From positions 544,001-608,000 of the forward strand of contig OZ220732.1 of NCBI GenBank assembly GCA_965116905.1: a DNA stretch of 64,000 bases, in the 5' to 3' direction. Shown here one piece after another: positions 10,330 to 21,195 of this stretch (position 1 is its first letter; each line of letters begins with the position of its first letter). The notes under the pieces were generated by a model. The model was given only the letters and a program-made list of their open reading frames with translations. It was not told the DNA's origin and did no database searches. Source of the stretch: Longimicrobiales bacterium (GTDB lineage: Bacteria > Gemmatimonadota > Gemmatimonadetes > Longimicrobiales > Gaopeijiaceae). Made by a program: the position numbers and the translations under genes.

Positions 10330-10999
10330 CTCCTGGATTCATGACCTGCACGGCCGCGCGGTCCCCCACGAGAGCGCGGAAACGCTCCGGGTCCTGGGCG
10401 ATGAGGGGCCAGGTGTTGTAGTGGACCGGAATCACGACATCGGGCTCGATGAATCCGACAGCCTCGGCGGCGTCCTCCGGACCCATGGTGAAGTTGTCGC
10501 CGATGGGCAGAATGGCGACGTCCACCTTGCCGCGGAGCAGCTGCATGTCCATGAGCAGCGCCGTGTCGCCCGCGTGGTAGACCCGCGTCCCGTCGAGGTG
10601 CATCAGGAAGCCGCCGGGCACGGTGGTGAACTGCCCCGTCGTGTCTCCGTGAACCTGGCCCCCGTGCAGCGCGGCGGTCATCTTGACGCGGCCGAAGGGG
10701 AAGTCGAAGCCGCCGCCGATGTGCAGGGGATGGCCGTTCGTGACTCCCTGGGTCTCGGCGAACGAGACGATCTCGAAGGTGGACACCAGGGTGGCACCGG
10801 TTTCCTTCGCCAGCGGCAAGGCGTCGGCAAAGTGGTCGAAGTGGCCGTGCGTGCAGAGGATGTAGTCCACCGCTCCCACCTCGGCGCGCTTGATGTCCGA
10901 GACCGGACTGTCGTCGAAGAACGGATCGATCACCAGCCGCGTGCCGTCGTCGGTCTCGATGCTGAAGGTGGACTGGCCGTGAAAAGTCAGCTTGGGCAC
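10313..10999 (-). CDS. Metallo-beta-lactamase-fold hydrolase (UPF0173-like)
   Basis: THGHFDH, YHAGDT, PIGDNFTMGP and IPVHYNTW motifs. Confidence 0.9.
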   Translation of the reverse strand: MPKLTFHGQSTFSIETDDGTRLVIDPFFDDSPVSDIKRAEVGAVDYILCTHGHFDHFADALPLAKETGATLVSTFEIVSFAETQGVTNGHPLHIGGGFDFPFGRVKMTAALHGGQVHGDTTGQFTTVPGGFLMHLDGTRVYHAGDTALLMDMQLLRGKVDVAILPIGDNFTMGPEDAAEAVGFIEPDVVIPVHYNTWPLIAQDPERFRALVGDRAAVQVMNPGDVYVP

Positions 11000-11072
11000 G
11001 GGGTCATCTCCATCTCGGAAGGCGCGGTTGAAGGGAAGCGGACGGCACCGGCGCCCACAGCGTGCACACCGC

Positions 11073-13955
11073 TCAAGAGCCGACCGCTTCCTGCGTTTCG
11101 TACTGTTCCACCGGTGGACACGAGCAAACCAGGTTTCGGTCCCCCCAGGCGTTGTTCACGCGTCCCACGTGCGGCCAGAACTTGTGCTCCAGCAGCCACG
11201 GGGCCGGAAAGGCGGCCTGCGCGCGCGTATACGCGTGATCCCACTCGTCGGCGGTGACGGTCCTCACCGTATGCGGCGCGTTCTTGAGCGCGTTGTCGAG
11301 GCGGTCCTGCAGTCCCAGTTCGACCTGTTGAATCTCGGCCCGAATGGATATCAGCGCCTGGCAGAAGCGGTCCAACTCCGCCCTGGACTCGCTCTCCGTG
11401 GGCTCGATCATGATCGTGCCGGGCACCGGAAACGCCATCGTGGGCGCGTGGAAACCGTAGTCCATGAGGCGTTTGGCCACGTCCTCCTCGGTGATTCCCG
11501 TGGCCTTCTTGAGCGGCCGCAGATCCACGATGAACTCGTGAGCCACGCGGCCGCTGCCGCTGCCCCACCAGTAGAGGATGTCGAAGTGGTCCTCCAGCCG
11601 CATTGCCATGTAGTTGGCGCTGAGGATCGCGGTTCTCGTGGCCTCCGTGACTCCGTCGCGGCCGAGCAGGGCGATGTAGGCCCACGAGATCAGCAGGATG
11701 CTCGCGCTCCCCCAGGGCGCCGCGGCTACCGGCCCGATCGCCCGCTCGCCTCCAATCGGCACGACGGGATGGCCGGGCAGGTACGGGGCCAGTTCCCCGG
11801 TGGCGCATATCGGGCCCATTCCCGGACCGCCGCCGCCGTGCGGGATCGCGAAGGTCTTGTGCAGATTGATGTGGATCACGTCCGCGCCGTAGTCGCCGGG
11901 GCGGCAAAGTCCCACCTGAGCGTTCAGGTTGGCGCCGTCCAGGTAGACGTACCCGCCGTGCCTGTGAACGATGTCGCAGATGGTCCGGATCTCTTCTTCG
12001 AAGACCCCGTGCGTCGACGGATACGTGACCATGACGGCCGCGAGGCGGTCCGCGTGACGGGCGGCCTTCGCCGCCAGATCCTCCACGTCGACGTTGCCGC
12101 GGTCGTCGCAGCGAACGACGACGACCTTCATGCCCGCCAACACCGCGCTCGCCGGGTTGGTTCCGTGGGCCGACGAGGGGATCAGGCAGATGTCGCGGTC
12201 CTGCCCCAGGTCGCGATGACGCGCGCTGATCACCAGCAGGCCCGTGTACTCCCCCTGAGCGCCGGAATTCGGTTGCAGCGACACCGCAGGCAGGCCGCTG
12301 ATCTCCGCGAGCCACTCCTGCAAATCCGAAATGATGCGGTCGTAGCCCCGCGCCTGTTCCCGTGGCGCGAAAGGATGCAGGGCCCCGAATTCGGGCCACG
12401 TCACCGGGGTCATCTGGGTCGTGGCGTTCAGCTTCATCGTGCACGAACCCAGGGGAATCATGCTCGTGTTGAGTGAAAGGTCCCGCGACTCCAGCCGGTG
12501 GATGTAGCGCAGCATCTCCGTCTCGGAGTGGTACGAGTTGAACACGGGGTGGGTCAGGAACGGGCTGGAGCGCCGGAGCGCTGTCGGATACGGATCCGGA
12601 TCGAAGGACGCCGCCAGTTCGGTCGAAGAGCGGGCGGCGCCGAAAATGGCCAGCAGATCGTCCAGATCCGCGGGAGTCACGGTCTCGTCCAGGGCGACTC
12701 CGATCGTGCCATCGCCGAAGTCCCTGAGGTTGATGCGTACCTCGCGCGCGGCGGCGAGCACCGCCTTCGATCCGGCAGAAGGCCTGACGCGCAGCGTATC
12801 GAAGTAAAGCTCGTGAACGATCTCGTTCCCGGCCGCCTCCAACCCGCGTGCGAGCGTAGCCGTCTGCTTGCGAACGCGGGCCGCGATTCCTCGAATTCCC
12901 TCGGGTCCGTGATAGGCCGCATACATCCCGGCCATCACCGCAAGCAGAACCTGCGCGGTGCAGATGTTCGAGGTCGCCCTCTCGCGGCGTATGTGCTGTT
13001 CCCGGGTCTGAAGCGCCATCCGGAGGGCGGGGTCCCCGTGGGCGTCGACGGCCACCCCGATGATGCGCCCCGGGAGCTTCCGCTTGAACTTCTCGCGCGA
13101 CGCGATGTACGCGGCATGAGGACCACCGTAGCCCATCGGCACGCCCAACCGCTGGCTGCTGCCCACGGCCACGTCCGCCCCGAACTCGGCGGGCGGCGTA
13201 AGGAGTGCGAGCGATAGAAGATCGGCGGCCACGACGACGCTGGCCCCCACTTCGTGAGCCTCCCGGCACATGGCTCTGTAATCGTGCACGCCCCCGTCCG
13301 TGGCCGGATATTGCACGAGCGCGCCGAACACCGATTCGTCAAAGGCGAAGTCCTTGTAGGCCCCCACTCGAACCTTGATCCCCAGCGGCTCCGCGCGGGT
13401 TCTGACGACGCCGATCGTCTGGGGGTGGCAGTCGTCGGCCACGAGAAAGACGGACCCCCGACGCCTGCGGCCCTGGCCGTAGAGCATGAACATCGCCTCG
13501 GCCGCGGCGGTGGCCTCGTCAAGCAGGGATGCGTTGGCGATCTCCATTCCCGTGAGGTCCATGACCGCCGTCTGGAAGTTGAGCAGGGCCTCGAGCCGGC
13601 CCTGGGCGATCTCCGCCTGGTACGGCGTGTACTGCGTGTACCACCCGGGATTCTCCAGGATGTTGCGCTGAATGACCCCCGGCGTGATGGTGCCGGAGTA
13701 CCCCATTCCCAGGTAGCTCCGCCAGACTTCGTTGCTCGAGGCAATGTCGCGCATCCGCGCCAGCAGTTCCGCTTCCGGTACGCCCTCGGGGATTCGCAAC
13801 GGGCCCCGGAACCGGATCGCGGCCGGGACGGTCTCCTCCATCAGCTGATCGAGGCTGTCACACCCCACCACCTCGAGCATCTCGCGGACATCGTCGGCGC
13901 TTGGGCCCAGGTGGCGGGCGAGGAAATCGGGTCGGTGTCTGATTGGCTGTGGCAT
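11073..13955 (-). CDS. gcvP: Glycine dehydrogenase (decarboxylating), glycine cleavage P protein
   Basis: [32 protein letters not shown] and HINLHKTF (PLP Lys) motifs; 960 aa. Confidence 0.98.
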   Translation of the reverse strand: MPQPIRHRPDFLARHLGPSADDVREMLEVVGCDSLDQLMEETVPAAIRFRGPLRIPEGVPEAELLARMRDIASSNEVWRSYLGMGYSGTITPGVIQRNILENPGWYTQYTPYQAEIAQGRLEALLNFQTAVMDLTGMEIANASLLDEATAAAEAMFMLYGQGRRRRGSVFLVADDCHPQTIGVVRTRAEPLGIKVRVGAYKDFAFDESVFGALVQYPATDGGVHDYRAMCREAHEVGASVVVAADLLSLALLTPPAEFGADVAVGSSQRLGVPMGYGGPHAAYIASREKFKRKLPGRIIGVAVDAHGDPALRMALQTREQHIRRERATSNICTAQVLLAVMAGMYAAYHGPEGIRGIAARVRKQTATLARGLEAAGNEIVHELYFDTLRVRPSAGSKAVLAAAREVRINLRDFGDGTIGVALDETVTPADLDDLLAIFGAARSSTELAASFDPDPYPTALRRSSPFLTHPVFNSYHSETEMLRYIHRLESRDLSLNTSMIPLGSCTMKLNATTQMTPVTWPEFGALHPFAPREQARGYDRIISDLQEWLAEISGLPAVSLQPNSGAQGEYTGLLVISARHRDLGQDRDICLIPSSAHGTNPASAVLAGMKVVVVRCDDRGNVDVEDLAAKAARHADRLAAVMVTYPSTHGVFEEEIRTICDIVHRHGGYVYLDGANLNAQVGLCRPGDYGADVIHINLHKTFAIPHGGGGPGMGPICATGELAPYLPGHPVVPIGGERAIGPVAAAPWGSASILLISWAYIALLGRDGVTEATRTAILSANYMAMRLEDHFDILYWWGSGSGRVAHEFIVDLRPLKKATGITEEDVAKRLMDYGFHAPTMAFPVPGTIMIEPTESESRAELDRFCQALISIRAEIQQVELGLQDRLDNALKNAPHTVRTVTADEWDHAYTRAQAAFPAPWLLEHKFWPHVGRVNNAWGDRNLVCSCPPVEQYETQEAVGS

Positions 13956-13983
13956 CAGGGGCAGTTGCGGCCGGACCGCGGGG

Positions 13984-14373
13984 CTAGTCGCCGATGTGGG
14001 CTCCGTAGCTCGCGGCGTCCATCAGGGTTTCCACCTCGCCGGGATCGTCGAGGCGCAGCTGGATCATCCACCCTTCCCCGTAGGGATCGCTGTTGACCAG
14101 TTCGGGGTCGTCGTCCAGGGCCGCGTTCACGTCCACGACCTCGCCCGCGACCGGGCAGTACAGGTCGCTGACGGCCTTCACGGCCTCGATGGTGCCGAAA
14201 ACGTCCATGGGGGCGAAGGTGTCGCCGGGCTCGGGCAGCTCCACGTACACCACATCCCCGAGTTCGCCCTGGGCATAGTCGGTGATGCCGACGTAGTAGA
14301 TGTCAGGCTCGTCAGATTCTCTCAGGTACTCGTGTTCGGCCGTATACCTGAGTCCTTCGGGGATCAAGGACAT
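13984..14373 (-). CDS. gcvH: Glycine cleavage system H protein
   Basis: [21 protein letters not shown] (lipoyl Lys) and NSDPYGEGW motifs. Confidence 0.97.
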   Translation of the reverse strand: MSLIPEGLRYTAEHEYLRESDEPDIYYVGITDYAQGELGDVVYVELPEPGDTFAPMDVFGTIEAVKAVSDLYCPVAGEVVDVNAALDDDPELVNSDPYGEGWMIQLRLDDPGEVETLMDAASYGAHIGD

Positions 14374-14392
14374 GGTGGTCTCGCTTGAGGTG

Positions 14393-14432
14393 CTGGATGT
14401 CGCGGATCTGGTAACTGGATGTCTCGGATCTG
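14393..14432. repeat. 18-bp direct repeat (1 mismatch, 22-bp period) just upstream of gcvH
   Basis: CTGGATGTCGCGGATCTG (14393-14410) and CTGGATGTCTCGGATCTG (14415-14432). Confidence 0.85.
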
Positions 14433-14587
14433 AAAGCGACAGAAAAAAAGCCGCGCGACCGAAGGGCGTCAAGCCGCCGCGCCGAATCCAATGCGGAACC
14501 AAAGTGCGTAGGTTAGATTATCACCCCTTGGAAAACACGCCCGGGACAGGCGTCAAGTCACGGTTTTGCCCGCCTCAGGAGGGGATC

Positions 14588-15751
14588 ATGCCGACGATGG
14601 TCCATGCGCCGCCGCTTACGGTTCTCGGCGACGATGAGGCCATGTTCCGCGAGGCTGTGCGCGACTTCGCGGAGTCGGAACTCGCGCCACGCGTGCCGCG
14701 GATGGACGCCGCTCAGCAGATGGATTCCGAACTCATTTCGATGCTGTTCGAGCTCGGATTCATGGGAATCGAGATCCCCGAGCACTACGGCGGCATCGGG
14801 AGCACGTTCTTCACGGCCACGATCGTGGTCGAGGAGCTGTCGCGCGTGGATCCGTCGGTGGGCGTGCTGGTCGATGTGCAGAACACGCTCGTCAACAACG
14901 CGGTCCTGAAGTGGGGATCCGAGGAACAGTTGAGCCGCTACCTCCCGGAGCTGGCAACGGGAACGGTCGGCGCGTACGCCCTTTCAGAGGCGGGAAGCGG
15001 CTCGGACGCCTTCGCTCTGGACCTGCGCGCCATCCGCGACGGAGACGACTGGGTGCTCAACGGCCGGAAGATGTGGATTACCAACGGGGCGGAGGCCGGA
15101 CTGTTCATCGTCTTCGCCAACGTGCAACCCGAGCTCGGCTACAAGGGCATCACCGCCTTTCTGGTCGAACGGGGGATGCCCGGCTTCGCGGTGGGGAAGA
15201 AGGAGGACAAGCTCGGAATTCGCGCCTCCTCCACAACGGAACTCGTGCTCGACGACGTGCCCGTTCCCGCCGGGAACGTGCTGGGGGAGCCGGGCCAGGG
15301 CTACAAGGTCGCGATAGAGACGCTCAACGAGGGCCGGATCGGAATCGGCGCCCAGATGGTGGGCCTGGCGCAGGGTGCCTTCGATCACACCCTCCGGTAC
15401 GTGCAGGAGCGTGAGCAGTTCGGCCGTCCCGTCGCCGACTTCCAGGGCGTCCAGTTCCAGTTGGCGGAAATGGCCACCGACATCGAGGCATCGCGCCTGT
15501 TGGTCTACAACGCCGCCCGCCTGAAGGACCAGGGCACCCGGTTCCTTCGCGAGGGCGCGATGGCCAAGATGTTCGCGTCCAGGACCGCGCAGGCGGTATC
15601 TTCCCGCTGCATCGATCTTCACGGCGGGTACGGGTTCACTCGCGAGTATCCCGTGGAGAAACTCTACCGCGACTCGAAAATCGGCACCATCTACGAGGGA
15701 ACCGACAACATGCAGCTGCAAACCATCGCAAAGGACCTCTTGCGTGGCTAG
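14588..15751 (+). CDS. Acyl-CoA dehydrogenase (short/branched-chain type)
   Basis: ALSEAGSGSDA, LNGRKMWITNG, REQFGRPVADFQG and GTIYEGT motifs; AGGAGG SD. Confidence 0.95.
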   Translation: MPTMVHAPPLTVLGDDEAMFREAVRDFAESELAPRVPRMDAAQQMDSELISMLFELGFMGIEIPEHYGGIGSTFFTATIVVEELSRVDPSVGVLVDVQNTLVNNAVLKWGSEEQLSRYLPELATGTVGAYALSEAGSGSDAFALDLRAIRDGDDWVLNGRKMWITNGAEAGLFIVFANVQPELGYKGITAFLVERGMPGFAVGKKEDKLGIRASSTTELVLDDVPVPAGNVLGEPGQGYKVAIETLNEGRIGIGAQMVGLAQGAFDHTLRYVQEREQFGRPVADFQGVQFQLAEMATDIEASRLLVYNAARLKDQGTRFLREGAMAKMFASRTAQAVSSRCIDLHGGYGFTREYPVEKLYRDSKIGTIYEGTDNMQLQTIAKDLLRG

Positions 15752-15769
15752 CCTGCCGAAGGAGGAATC

Positions 15770-15949
15770 GTGCCTCAAATAGGCCTGGCGGAAATCCTGT
15801 TCCTTCTGGGGGTCCTGGCACTCATTTTCGGCGCCAAGCGCATCCCCCAGATCGCGCGCGGCCTCGGCTCCGGCATCCGCAACTTCAAGGGGGCTCTCCA
15901 GGCCGGCAGGAAGGCGGACCCCCAGGACATCGACGACCGGGACGCATAG
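15770..15949 (+). CDS. tatA: Twin-arginine translocase TatA/TatE subunit (59 aa, absent from ORF track)
   Basis: Manual translation MPQIGLAEILFLLGVLALIFGAKRIPQIARGLGSGIRNFK...; AAGGAGG SD before GTG15770. Confidence 0.93.
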   Translation: MPQIGLAEILFLLGVLALIFGAKRIPQIARGLGSGIRNFKGALQAGRKADPQDIDDRDA

Positions 15950-15955
15950 CAGGCT

Positions 15956-17134
15956 GTGGCACAACCCCGCGGGCGTCTCGGCCTGCTCTTCCTGGCGGTT
16001 CTGGTCGATCTCGTGGGCTTCGGGATCGTCCTGCCGATCCTTCCGTTCTACGCCCGGGACCTGGGCGCGGGGGGGCTGCAGGTCGGCCTTCTGGTCACGG
16101 TGTACTCGGCGGTCCAGCTGGTCATGGCCCCGTTGTGGGGACGGATTTCCGACCGCTTCGGACGTCGCCGCGTCCTCATTCTCGGACTGCTGGGAAGCGC
16201 GGCTGCCTATATCATCTTCGCCCGCGCCGACTCCCTGGCTCTTTTGTTCCTGTCGCGCATCGTCGGCGGGATCGGCGGCTCCACCATCCCCGTGGCCCAA
16301 GCATACATCGCCGATGTGACGCCCCCCACGCGCCGAGCCGGCAACATGGGCCTGATCGGGGCCGCATTCGGCCTCGGGTTCGTGATCGGTCCCGCGCTGG
16401 GCGGCATCCTGTATGGCGTCTCGCCGGATTCGCCCGCCGCACCGGGCTACGTCGCAGCCGGACTCTGTTTCGCCAACGCGCTGGTGGCAGGACTGTGGCT
16501 TCCCGAGTCGAGGCAGTCGCGGGATCGCGCGACCTCGAGGTTCAATCTCGGTGCGGCCCTCACGGAAGTGCGCGGATCCAGCCAGATCAAGATCATCCTC
16601 GCGGGCTACCTGTTCATCACGATGGCCTTCTCCACCCTGCAGCCCACGCTGTCGCTGCTCGCGTCCGAGCGGTTCACCCTGGGAGCGCGCCAGGCGGGAT
16701 ATCTGTTCGCCATGCTGGGCTTCGTCTCGGCCGTGTACCAGGGAGGCATTGTTCGCGCGCTGGTCCCGCGGATGGGAGAGCGTCGGCTCTTCCGCTACAG
16801 CGCACTGCCCTTCGCGACCGGCCTTCTGGTGATCGGACTGGCGACGGACCTGCGGCTGCTGCTCGCGGGCCTGGTCCTGCTGGGCATCGGCTATGGCGGC
16901 GCGGTGCCGGCGGTGCTGGGTCTCCTGTCGCGGGCGGCGAGCCCCGACCGCCAGGGGGGAGTCCTCGGCGTCGGTCAGAGCGTCGGGTCACTGGCTCGGG
17001 TGCTTGGCCCTTCCATGGCCGGCGCCCTCTTCGACGTCAGACTCGCCTTCCCCTATCTGGCCGGAGCACTCCTCATTCTGCTGGCGCTGCTCGTGTCCGG
17101 CGGAATCACCCAGCCCGAGGAGGCGACCCGATGA
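15956..17134 (+). CDS. MFS transporter (TetA/DHA1-like)
   Basis: GRISDRFGRRRV motif A; AYIADVT and GFVIGPALGG motif C. Confidence 0.9.
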   Translation: MAQPRGRLGLLFLAVLVDLVGFGIVLPILPFYARDLGAGGLQVGLLVTVYSAVQLVMAPLWGRISDRFGRRRVLILGLLGSAAAYIIFARADSLALLFLSRIVGGIGGSTIPVAQAYIADVTPPTRRAGNMGLIGAAFGLGFVIGPALGGILYGVSPDSPAAPGYVAAGLCFANALVAGLWLPESRQSRDRATSRFNLGAALTEVRGSSQIKIILAGYLFITMAFSTLQPTLSLLASERFTLGARQAGYLFAMLGFVSAVYQGGIVRALVPRMGERRLFRYSALPFATGLLVIGLATDLRLLLAGLVLLGIGYGGAVPAVLGLLSRAASPDRQGGVLGVGQSVGSLARVLGPSMAGALFDVRLAFPYLAGALLILLALLVSGGITQPEEATR

Positions 17135-17877
17135 ACCTGACCGTCGTCCTTCACGAGCCCCAGGACCTGGTCAACATCGCCGCAGCGGTACGCGCGATGG
17201 CCAACATGGGCCTCGGCCGCCTCGCCGTCGTGAATCCGCGGGAGTTCGACGCCTGGCGGATCACGGGCATCGCCCACCGCACCGACCACATCGTCGACGC
17301 CATCGCCCGCGTGGACTCGCTCGAGGAAGCGCTGGCGGACGCCACGTTCGTGGTCGGCACGTCGGCCCGCGCGCGGACGGCTCAGCGCAACTACTCCCGG
17401 CCGCGGGAACTGGCACCGAGCATCCTCCGGCACGCGCGCGACGGAGCCGTCGCGATCGTCTTCGGGCGTGAGGACCGCGGCCTTTCGAATGAGGCCCTCG
17501 ACCGCTGCCACGAGGTGATGGTCATCCCGACCACACCGGAGTATTCCTCGCTGAACCTGGGGCAGGCGGTGCTGCTCGTCGCCTACGAGCTTTTCCTGGC
17601 CGGGGTCGGCGAGACCGGGTCCCTGCCGGTGGGCAAGCGATCGCTCGGACCCGCCACCGCGGACGAGCTGGAGGAGATGTACGCGGCGCTCGAAGCCGGT
17701 CTGGAACGGATCGATTTCTTCAAGGCCCGCAAGGCGGAAAGCGTCATGCGCACCCTGCGCACGGCATTCGGCAGGACGACCCTGGACGCACACGAAGCGC
17801 GCCTCCTGGCCTCCATCGGCTACCAGGTGCGCAACCGGTTCGACCGCATCACAAGAAAAGGGAGTTCACCTTCATGA
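17131..17877 (+). CDS. tRNA/rRNA methyltransferase, SPOUT TrmJ/LasT family
   Basis: NIAAAVRAMANMG, FGREDRGLSNE and SSLNLGQAV motifs. Confidence 0.9.
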   Translation: MNLTVVLHEPQDLVNIAAAVRAMANMGLGRLAVVNPREFDAWRITGIAHRTDHIVDAIARVDSLEEALADATFVVGTSARARTAQRNYSRPRELAPSILRHARDGAVAIVFGREDRGLSNEALDRCHEVMVIPTTPEYSSLNLGQAVLLVAYELFLAGVGETGSLPVGKRSLGPATADELEEMYAALEAGLERIDFFKARKAESVMRTLRTAFGRTTLDAHEARLLASIGYQVRNRFDRITRKGSSPS

Positions 17878-19133
17878 CCCGCCGGCCCGGCAGTCCCCTG
17901 ACCCTCCTGTCGGCAGGCGCCCTCGCTACCTGCCTGGCAGTCGCCGCCTGCGCATACGACGAGGACCGCGCAACGCCACCTCCCGCCAACCAGACCGCGG
18001 GGCCCGGCGCCGCGGGGTCCGGCGCCGAATGGCCCGGCGACGAGTGGCCCGTCTCCACGCCGGCCGCCGAGGGCGTTGACCCGGCAGCGATAGACGCGCT
18101 GGTGTCCGACATCGACGCGGGACGCTACGGGCTCATCGACCACTTCCTCCTCATCCGCAACGGCCGCGTCATCGCCGACCATCACTGGGACCACCACGAC
18201 ACCTACCTCCAGATCCTCGCGGCACAGGACGACACGGCCGGGCACCAGTACAACTACGACCATCCCGCGTGGCATCCGTTCTACCGCGACACGCGTCTGC
18301 ACAGCCTCCAGTCGGTCACCAAGAGCGTGATGTCGGTTGCCTTCGGGATCGCGGTCGACACCGGAGACCTCCCGCCGGTAGACGCGGAGGCGTGGCCGTA
18401 CTTCACCGAATACGGCGTGGATCCGTCGGAGCCCGACCGCGTTGACGCATCGCTCGAGGACTTCCTGACCATGCGCAGCGGGATCACCTGGGCGGCCCCG
18501 GGCCAGACCTACGAAGACGGGACGCACCCCACCACCGCCATGGAGTTGAGCGACGCCTGGATCGACTATGTCGTGAACCGTCCCGTGGGGGTCGAGCCGG
18601 GCACCCGCTTCGACTACAACGACGGCGTGAGCGTGATGCTGGGCAAGATCGTGCGCGAAGCGACCGGCCTGCGGATCGACGAGTGGGCCGAAGAGCGCCT
18701 TTTCGAACCGATCGGCGTCGACGAGTACTACTGGAAGATCACCCCGGGAGGAGAGGTGGATTCGGAGGGTGGCCTCTATCTAACGGCGCACGACCTCGCG
18801 CGCGTCGGCTACCTCATGCTTCGCCAGGGCGAATGGGATGGCCGCCAGGTGGTCTCGGCGGACTGGGTGCACGTGTCCACCTCGGCCGTCGTGCCCGACG
18901 TCAATCCGGCCAACGACCGCCCGGACAGCGGATACGGCTACCAGTGGTGGGTGCCCATGCACGAAGACGGCGAGACGCGCATCTTCGCGGCCAACGGATA
19001 CGGCGGCCAGTTCATGCACGTGGTCCCCGAGCACGATCTGATCTCCGTCTTCAACGGCTGGACGCTGCACGAACGTCCCGAGTTCTCCAGCTGGCTGGCC
19101 ATGCAGGACCGGATTCTGCCTGCAGTTGACTAA
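17874..19133 (+). CDS. Serine hydrolase, beta-lactamase-like family, probable lipoprotein
   Basis: SVTKS (SxxK), FDYN, LFEPIG and YGYQWW motifs; lipobox-like LAVAAC. Confidence 0.85.
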   Translation: MTRRPGSPLTLLSAGALATCLAVAACAYDEDRATPPPANQTAGPGAAGSGAEWPGDEWPVSTPAAEGVDPAAIDALVSDIDAGRYGLIDHFLLIRNGRVIADHHWDHHDTYLQILAAQDDTAGHQYNYDHPAWHPFYRDTRLHSLQSVTKSVMSVAFGIAVDTGDLPPVDAEAWPYFTEYGVDPSEPDRVDASLEDFLTMRSGITWAAPGQTYEDGTHPTTAMELSDAWIDYVVNRPVGVEPGTRFDYNDGVSVMLGKIVREATGLRIDEWAEERLFEPIGVDEYYWKITPGGEVDSEGGLYLTAHDLARVGYLMLRQGEWDGRQVVSADWVHVSTSAVVPDVNPANDRPDSGYGYQWWVPMHEDGETRIFAANGYGGQFMHVVPEHDLISVFNGWTLHERPEFSSWLAMQDRILPAVD

Positions 19134-19194
19134 GGGGTGGACCAAGCCGTGAACCGGGGGTGAAGCACCGCTGGACCAGGCTGTGGGCCGCGGT

Positions 19195-20493
19195 CTAGCC
19201 CTCGGCTTCGAGGGGCTCCGGATCCACCTCCGGCTGCCACATCTGCACCGCCGGGAACGTGGCGAGGAACCAGCGCACCGCCATCAGGAACAGGCCCAGG
19301 AACATGAGGCCGATCAGCGGCGTGGCCACCGAGAACACGGGGTCGCCCTCGTGGTGCAGCGAGGGAAAGATCAGCATGTAGTGCCACAGCCACAGCCCCG
19401 CCAGCACCACCGTCGCGAACATCTGCAGGATGATCGGGGTCTTCTTCGGCCGCGCCCCGATCAACCCCGCGAACGGCGCCACGAAGCACAGCACGATCAC
19501 CGTGGCCGAGAGGCCGCCCCACGGATCTCCCGCCCGCGTGTTGATCCACGCCTGCTCCCACTGGAGCTTGCCGTACCAGATCACGATGTACTGCGAGAAG
19601 AACAGGTAGGTCCAGAAGACCGCGAAGGCGAAGGTCAGCTTCCCCAGATCCCACAACGCGGACGTGCCCACGTGCTCTCCGAAGACCGCGTCGCGCCGCC
19701 TGAGCAGCACGGCCGCGACAGCCGTGGCCGCGAATCCGCCCCACAGCGCGCCCATGAAGAACCAGCCGCCGAAGAGCGTCGAGAACCAGTGCGGCTCGAG
19801 CGACATCGCCCAGTCGAATGCCAGCACCGTCATCACGGTCGCGTAGACGAGCACGAGCACCGGGGCCATGGTCGTCATGACCTGATAGCTGCGCGCCTCC
19901 TCGGCGGCCAGACCCCTCCAGCCCCTCGTGAAACGCGCGTGCCACCATGAACGCACGCGGGAATCGCCCCCCGCCGGATTGCGAGTAGCGCCGACCCGCC
20001 CGAGGTCCGGCCTGAGGGCCAGGTACACGAACCCGCACGCCATCGTGAACAGCGCCAGCACCCCGACGAGATTCCTGCTGACCAGGAAGGGCACGTTGAG
20101 GTACGCCGCCTTCTTCTGGACGATGGGGTCGTCGGCCATCATCTCGATCCACGGGAAGTAGTCCTCCCGCAGGTTGAGCAGCATCGGGATGAAGAGCACG
20201 AACGCGATGGGCAGGTACGCGGCAAACGAGTGGTGGAGCCGGCGCACGGACCAGTTCCACTTCGCCTTCACGATCCAGGTCACGGCCGCGACGATCACCC
20301 CGCCCATGGCGATGGACGCGAAGTAGTTCCAGTTGACCACGTACGACTGCCAGGCCAGCGACGAATCCCGCGACAGGGTGACGAAGAACGACACGATGCC
20401 GACGAAGACCATCAGCCGCACGATCATGGTGGCCGTGGTGCCGCGGTCCAGGTAGCGGAGGGGGACTTCGGACGGGATCGAGTGGTGAGCCAT
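19195..20493 (-). CDS. actF: Alternative complex III membrane subunit ActF
   Basis: FDWAMSLEPHWFST and FWTYLFFSQYIVIWY motifs; last gene of act operon. Confidence 0.88.
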   Translation of the reverse strand: MAHHSIPSEVPLRYLDRGTTATMIVRLMVFVGIVSFFVTLSRDSSLAWQSYVVNWNYFASIAMGGVIVAAVTWIVKAKWNWSVRRLHHSFAAYLPIAFVLFIPMLLNLREDYFPWIEMMADDPIVQKKAAYLNVPFLVSRNLVGVLALFTMACGFVYLALRPDLGRVGATRNPAGGDSRVRSWWHARFTRGWRGLAAEEARSYQVMTTMAPVLVLVYATVMTVLAFDWAMSLEPHWFSTLFGGWFFMGALWGGFAATAVAAVLLRRRDAVFGEHVGTSALWDLGKLTFAFAVFWTYLFFSQYIVIWYGKLQWEQAWINTRAGDPWGGLSATVIVLCFVAPFAGLIGARPKKTPIILQMFATVVLAGLWLWHYMLIFPSLHHEGDPVFSVATPLIGLMFLGLFLMAVRWFLATFPAVQMWQPEVDPEPLEAEG

Positions 20494-20496
20494 GGG

Positions 20497-21195
20497 TCAG
20501 TTCCCCGCGCCCCCGACAGGCGTCGTCTCGCCGTCACTGCCGTCACCGGCCTCACTGCCGTCCCCGCCCTCGTCGGCCTCGCCCGAGCCGGGCCCGAGCC
20601 CCTGCATCTGGCGCACATAGTTGACAATGTGCCACCGGTCGTAGTGGCTGATCTGGTGACCATAGGCCGGCATCAGCGCCCGGCCGACGCGGATCATCCC
20701 GTAGAGGTAGCCGTCGCTCCTGGCCATCGCCACCTCGCCGGTCAACGGGTAGGCGGCCAGGGCAGGATGAACCTCGAAGATGTACGCAGTCGTGCCGGCG
20801 CCGTCGGGTCCGTGGCAGACGATGCAGACGCGCTCGTAGAGCTGTTCCCCGCGGGCAAGCGACTCCGCCGTCGCCGGGACCGGATTGGTGAGGCTGTCCA
20901 CGACGTCGGGACGGTTGCCCATGTCGAGTTGGGTAAACGGCGGGGGCACGTCCGAGCTGCCCTCGGGCTGCCCGACATTCGTGTCGAAGTGGCCCGCCGG
21001 ATAGTTCCCCGCGGCCATGGGCACCGTCCCCTCGGGAGGCAGCAGCGTGTGCTCGTAGGGATCGAACGACCGCTGGTCGCGCATGCTGCGGCCGAAGACG
21101 TCGCCCATGAAGTCGTCGAGCGGCACACAGGCCCCGGAAGCGAGGAGCGCCAGCCCCAGGCCGAAAACGACACGCCCGCGGACCCGGTCAGACAT
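20497..21195 (-). CDS. actE: Alternative complex III monoheme cytochrome c lipoprotein ActE
   Basis: Single CIVCH, distal MPAY, RWHIVNYVR; lipobox ASGAC. Confidence 0.88.
   Translation of the reverse strand: MSDRVRGRVVFGLGLALLASGACVPLDDFMGDVFGRSMRDQRSFDPYEHTLLPPEGTVPMAAGNYPAGHFDTNVGQPEGSSDVPPPFTQLDMGNRPDVVDSLTNPVPATAESLARGEQLYERVCIVCHGPDGAGTTAYIFEVHPALAAYPLTGEVAMARSDGYLYGMIRVGRALMPAYGHQISHYDRWHIVNYVRQMQGLGPGSGEADEGGDGSEAGDGSDGETTPVGGAGN

Noticed and set aside
14374..14587. Glycine riboswitch upstream of gcvH
   Set aside because: CCGAAG and CTCAGG fragments are on the wrong strand for gcvH, and the GGAGA element and tandem aptamer layout are missing
15956..17134. Tetracycline resistance gene
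   Set aside because: TetA-like MFS motifs are generic; housekeeping operon context and no tetR
17874..19133. True beta-lactamase
   Set aside because: SxxK fold is shared with many esterases and amidases; nothing specific supports resistance
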